64,000 nt of DNA. Origin: an uncultured Ignavibacteria bacterium. Lineage in GTDB: Bacteria > Zixibacteria > MSB-5A5 > JAABVY01. Below, piece by piece: positions 61,543-64,000 of the stretch. Positions within the stretch are counted from its first letter, which is position 1, and each line of letters opens with the position of its first letter. The translations under genes and the position numbers were made by a program. The DNA lies in the NCBI GenBank assembly GCA_964627935.1, contig CAZVLB010000001.1, positions 198,933 to 262,932 on the forward strand. The letters are read 5' to 3'. The notes under the pieces are model-generated. The model saw only the letters and a list, made by a program, of their open reading frames with translations, did no database searches and was not told where the DNA came from.

Positions 61543-61998
61543 ATGTCCATGGGCATGACAAAATCCCTGCAAATTACGGCATCATCTGAGATTCTCGAAC
61601 GCAGGCGCAAACGGGAGCATGCGCATTGTTTTCTCTGCAGCAATCCCATGCATTCCGAATTGGGATTGCGCTTTGAGGTTGATGGTGAAGATCAGATATC
61701 TGCCAGCTTTGAGTGTGAGAGTCTTTATCAGGGATATGATGGCATATTGCATGGTGGAATAGTCTCGCTGTTATTTGATGAAGCCATGACAAATTGCCTG
61801 TTCGCCCATGATATCAGGGCGGTGACGGCAGAATTGACTATTCGTTATATTCTGCCTGTTGCAATAAGCAGGTCCGCAAAAATAACTGCCTCGATAAAAA
61901 AAATCAGGCCGCCTTTGTACTGTCTTGAGGCGGAGATCATTCAGGATGGTGAAATAAAGGCTAAAGCAAAAAGCAAGTTCATGGACTTCGACCCATGA
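61543..61998 (+). CDS. PaaI/4HBT-type hotdog-fold thioesterase
   Basis: It starts immediately after the previous stop. The core is YQGYDGILHGGIVSLLFDEAMTNCL, with an N-terminal HCFLCSNP motif. Confidence 0.6.
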   Translation: MSMGMTKSLQITASSEILERRRKREHAHCFLCSNPMHSELGLRFEVDGEDQISASFECESLYQGYDGILHGGIVSLLFDEAMTNCLFAHDIRAVTAELTIRYILPVAISRSAKITASIKKIRPPLYCLEAEIIQDGEIKAKAKSKFMDFDP

Positions 61999-62009
61999 TA
62001 CCTACAAAG

Positions 62010-62095
62010 CGGAGAGACTGGGATTCGAACCCAGGAGGCCTTGCGGCCCACACGCTTTCCAGGCGTGCTCCTTAAGCCAGCTCGGACATCTCTCC
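62010..62095 (-). tRNA. tRNA-Ser (anticodon GGA)
   Basis: The minus strand reads GGAGAGATGTCCGAGCTGGCTTAAGGAGCACGCCTGGAAAGCGTGTGGGCCGCAAGGCCTCCTGGGTTCGAATCCCAGTCTCTCCG. It has a 7-bp acceptor stem, anticodon stem CACGC/GCGTG with loop CTGGAAA, the long variable arm typical of tRNA-Ser, and a GGTTCGAATCC T-loop. No CCA is encoded. Confidence 0.9.
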
Positions 62096-62297
62096 GTTTC
62101 AAGCTTCTCTCAAAGCAGTATATAAATTTCAACACGGGTGGTTCCTCCGCCCGTGAATTCGCACGATATAAGTAATCACCGGAAAAATCAAGATAATTTT
62201 TATTCGGCCGAATCTATGCCTCAAACAGCTTGTTTAATTTGCAGATACTGTATAAATTAAACCAAATGAATTATCCTCAATTTATGCGGAGATTAAA

Positions 62298-62912
62298 ATG
62301 ATCAGATCCATATTGATTGCCATCACATTGCTCCTTCTCGCAATTTCATGCTCATCATCCAATGGCCCGGAACCTGTCCTGGTGCTGGATGAAAGCTATT
62401 TCCCCACTGCCGACGGTGATACCTGGTATTTTACATCATCTGAACTTGGCAGCCGTGTACGAACAATCGAGGGTGATACCACAATCGAAGGGTGCAACTG
62501 TATCCGTGTGCGCGAGAACGGCGTTACCTGGGAGGCCTGGTCGATCATTCCTGATGGAGACTCGGCCGGTTTTTATGTCCACCTGCTCTCATTTGTGGCC
62601 GGAGTGGACACATTTCATGCCTGGGTCGAACCGCCGTTGCGGATACCATTTGAAATGGATCAGGATGAAACCTACAACTATTCCTCCGACGCTTTCTATT
62701 ACGATGGCGGCGATCTGTTCACATTTACAATCGCCGGAACGCTCCGTTTCGATGGCTTTGTCGATAAGACGGTTCCGGCTGGTAATTTCCAGGATGTCTT
62801 GAATCTGGCTTATCCCGGCTATCGTGAATATTATGCCAAAAATGTCGGCCTGCTGGACAATGGAGATTATGTGCTTGACAGCGCCTTTATCGATGGTGAA
62901 TGGATCCGCTAA
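62298..62912 (+). CDS. lipoprotein, unknown function
   Basis: GGAG RBS and the lipobox LLLAISCSS. No family recognised. Confidence 0.5.
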   Translation: MIRSILIAITLLLLAISCSSSNGPEPVLVLDESYFPTADGDTWYFTSSELGSRVRTIEGDTTIEGCNCIRVRENGVTWEAWSIIPDGDSAGFYVHLLSFVAGVDTFHAWVEPPLRIPFEMDQDETYNYSSDAFYYDGGDLFTFTIAGTLRFDGFVDKTVPAGNFQDVLNLAYPGYREYYAKNVGLLDNGDYVLDSAFIDGEWIR

Positions 62913-63052
62913 GTCATATGAATTCAATAGCATAGATTGGTTTTATAGCCGCTTCTCGAGTCCTGTGATGCGGCTTTTTCTTTGCCGATTTCGCTATAAC
63001 CTCAGGCAATATCTGACGATACATCTAAAAAGCAAATTTTTGAGGAGGTGTT

Positions 63053-64000
63053 ATGGGTATTGCCCTGGAAATTATCGAATGGATGGATCAAAATTCTGAT
63101 GAAATGATTCATCGCATCCCCGAAAAAGGCTCGCTGGATATCAAACTCGGTGCCCAGGTAATTGTGCGCGACAGTCAGTCGGCCGTGTTTTTCAAGAGCG
63201 GCAAGGCTACCGATGCGCTCGGACCGGGCCGACACACACTCAGCAGCTTAAATATTCCTGTCCTGACCAGAATCCTGTCATTACCGTGGGGGTTCAAATC
63301 GATCATCCGCTGCGAGGTTTACTTTGTTAATCATAAGATTTTCACAGACCTGAAATGGGGTACTAAGGACCCGGTGGCATTTCGTGACAAAGAGCTGGGC
63401 CTGATTCGTTTACGAGGTTACGGTGCATATACCATGAGAATTGTTGAACCGCTCGTGTTTCTGAACTCGGTGGTCGGCAGACAGGCGCTGTTTACAACTC
63501 CTCAGATAGAATCATTTCTGCGAGATATTATGATTTCGCGCCTGAATGACCTGTTTGGCGAAAAGCTGGAGACCATATTGGATCTGCCCAAACAATATCA
63601 GGAATTTGCTCAGATGGCCAAGGAGTCAATTTCGACTGAATTTTCCAAATACGGCCTGGAGCTTCTGGATTTCTATATTTCAGCCATTACTCCACCCCCC
63701 GAAGTGCAGAAACGAATTGACGAGAAATCGGGTATGGAGGCTGTCGGCGATTTGAATGATTACCTCAAATTCAGTATGGCCAAAGCATTTGCCGGAGGAG
63801 CCGACAATTGCGGTCCGGCCGGTCAGAGCGCCGGATTCGGCCTCGGGGCAGGTGTGGCCATGATGGCACCGGGATTCTTGTCCAGAGCGTTTGCCCCGGA
63901 TCAGACTGATCTCAGGCCGGCTTCGATTCCGACTGTGAATTGTCCCAAATGCGGTGTGGGTACCCCCGCCGATTCACGTTATTGCTACAAATGCGGTTAT
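63053..64000 (+). CDS. SPFH-domain protein with C-terminal zinc ribbon (COG4260 / YdjI-like), partial at the right edge
   Basis: Absent from the track because it has no stop in the window. GAGGAGG RBS and ATG 63053. My translation reads MGIALEIIEWMDQNSDEMIHRIPEKGSLDIKLGAQVIVRDSQSAVFFKSGKA...VYFVNHKIFTDLKWGT...ISAITPPPEVQKRIDE...CPKCGVGTPADSRYCYKCG and runs to the window end. Confidence 0.6.
   Translation, partial: MGIALEIIEWMDQNSDEMIHRIPEKGSLDIKLGAQVIVRDSQSAVFFKSGKATDALGPGRHTLSSLNIPVLTRILSLPWGFKSIIRCEVYFVNHKIFTDLKWGTKDPVAFRDKELGLIRLRGYGAYTMRIVEPLVFLNSVVGRQALFTTPQIESFLRDIMISRLNDLFGEKLETILDLPKQYQEFAQMAKESISTEFSKYGLELLDFYISAITPPPEVQKRIDEKSGMEAVGDLNDYLKFSMAKAFAGGADNCGPAGQSAGFGLGAGVAMMAPGFLSRAFAPDQTDLRPASIPTVNCPKCGVGTPADSRYCYKCGY

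Noticed and set aside
1-64000. CRISPR arrays, transposases, integrases, prophage genes, toxin-antitoxin pairs or recognisable anti-phage defence systems.
   Set aside because: I found no regularly spaced direct repeats, no IS-type terminal inverted repeats, and no ORF with recombinase, transposase, nuclease-NTPase or other defence-typical motifs. The interesting content here is metabolic and regulatory rather than mobile or defence-related.
62010-64000. tRNA-Ser as the integration site of a genomic island covering the lipoprotein and SPFH genes to its right.
   Set aside because: There is no integrase, no direct repeat of the tRNA 3' end visible downstream within the window, and no compositional break obvious by eye. 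The window ends too soon to judge.

Overview
This is a dense, mostly plus-strand 64-kb window that looks like it comes from an uncultivated anaerobic bacterium. That taxonomic guess rests only on gene content: an Hmc/Dsr-type redox complex, a minimal SufCB pair, NifX-like/Fe-S ATPase genes and dockerin-type modules. I saw no rRNA, CRISPR array, transposase, integrase or phage genes.

Layout, left to right:
1. 1-9124: an extracytoplasmic block. It holds a partial alpha-2-macroglobulin, a DsbD-family reductase, a redoxin, and two secreted enzymes that share a Cys-containing dockerin-like C-terminal module.
2. 9458-29896: a long stress/dormancy-like island. It is preceded by a divergent REC-PAS-LuxR regulator. 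Its genes are a ferredoxin, a Pro/Glu-rich disordered protein, a CBS pair, LigD split into three genes, a 6xBON protein, PRC-barrel proteins, PfkB, TreT, an eRF1-like protein, minimal SufCB, ElaB/YqjE, OsmC, PfpI, an aldo/keto reductase and a Rieske-FAD reductase.
3. 29900-36120: a CopB-type P-type ATPase and a CUT1 sugar ABC transporter.
4. 36318-39311: a small regulatory block (PRC-barrel, receiver-like protein, winged helix, CheY-like protein, and a second REC-PAS-LuxR paralog).
5. 40122-47895: a compact six-gene operon of TetR, MFS, PLP enzyme, DUF1611, a PP-loop::creatininase fusion and an enolase-superfamily epimerase. I cannot map it to a known pathway.
6. 47879-52780 (minus strand): an HdrD-like/NarI-like/NrfC-like/NrfD::hexaheme membrane redox complex.
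7. 52822-61998: divergent sigma-54 promoters, two tandem PAS-type sigma-54 activators, and a conserved but unexplained set of NifX-like carriers, MinD-type Fe-S ATPases, DUF1847 and Gly/Arg-rich small proteins.
8. 62010-64000: tRNA-Ser(GGA), a lipoprotein and a partial SPFH/zinc-ribbon protein.

The best candidates for undescribed biology are the 40-48 kb operon and the sigma-54-controlled NifX-like/Fe-S ATPase module together with its divergently transcribed redox complex. All family calls come from motif recognition by eye. No database search was run.
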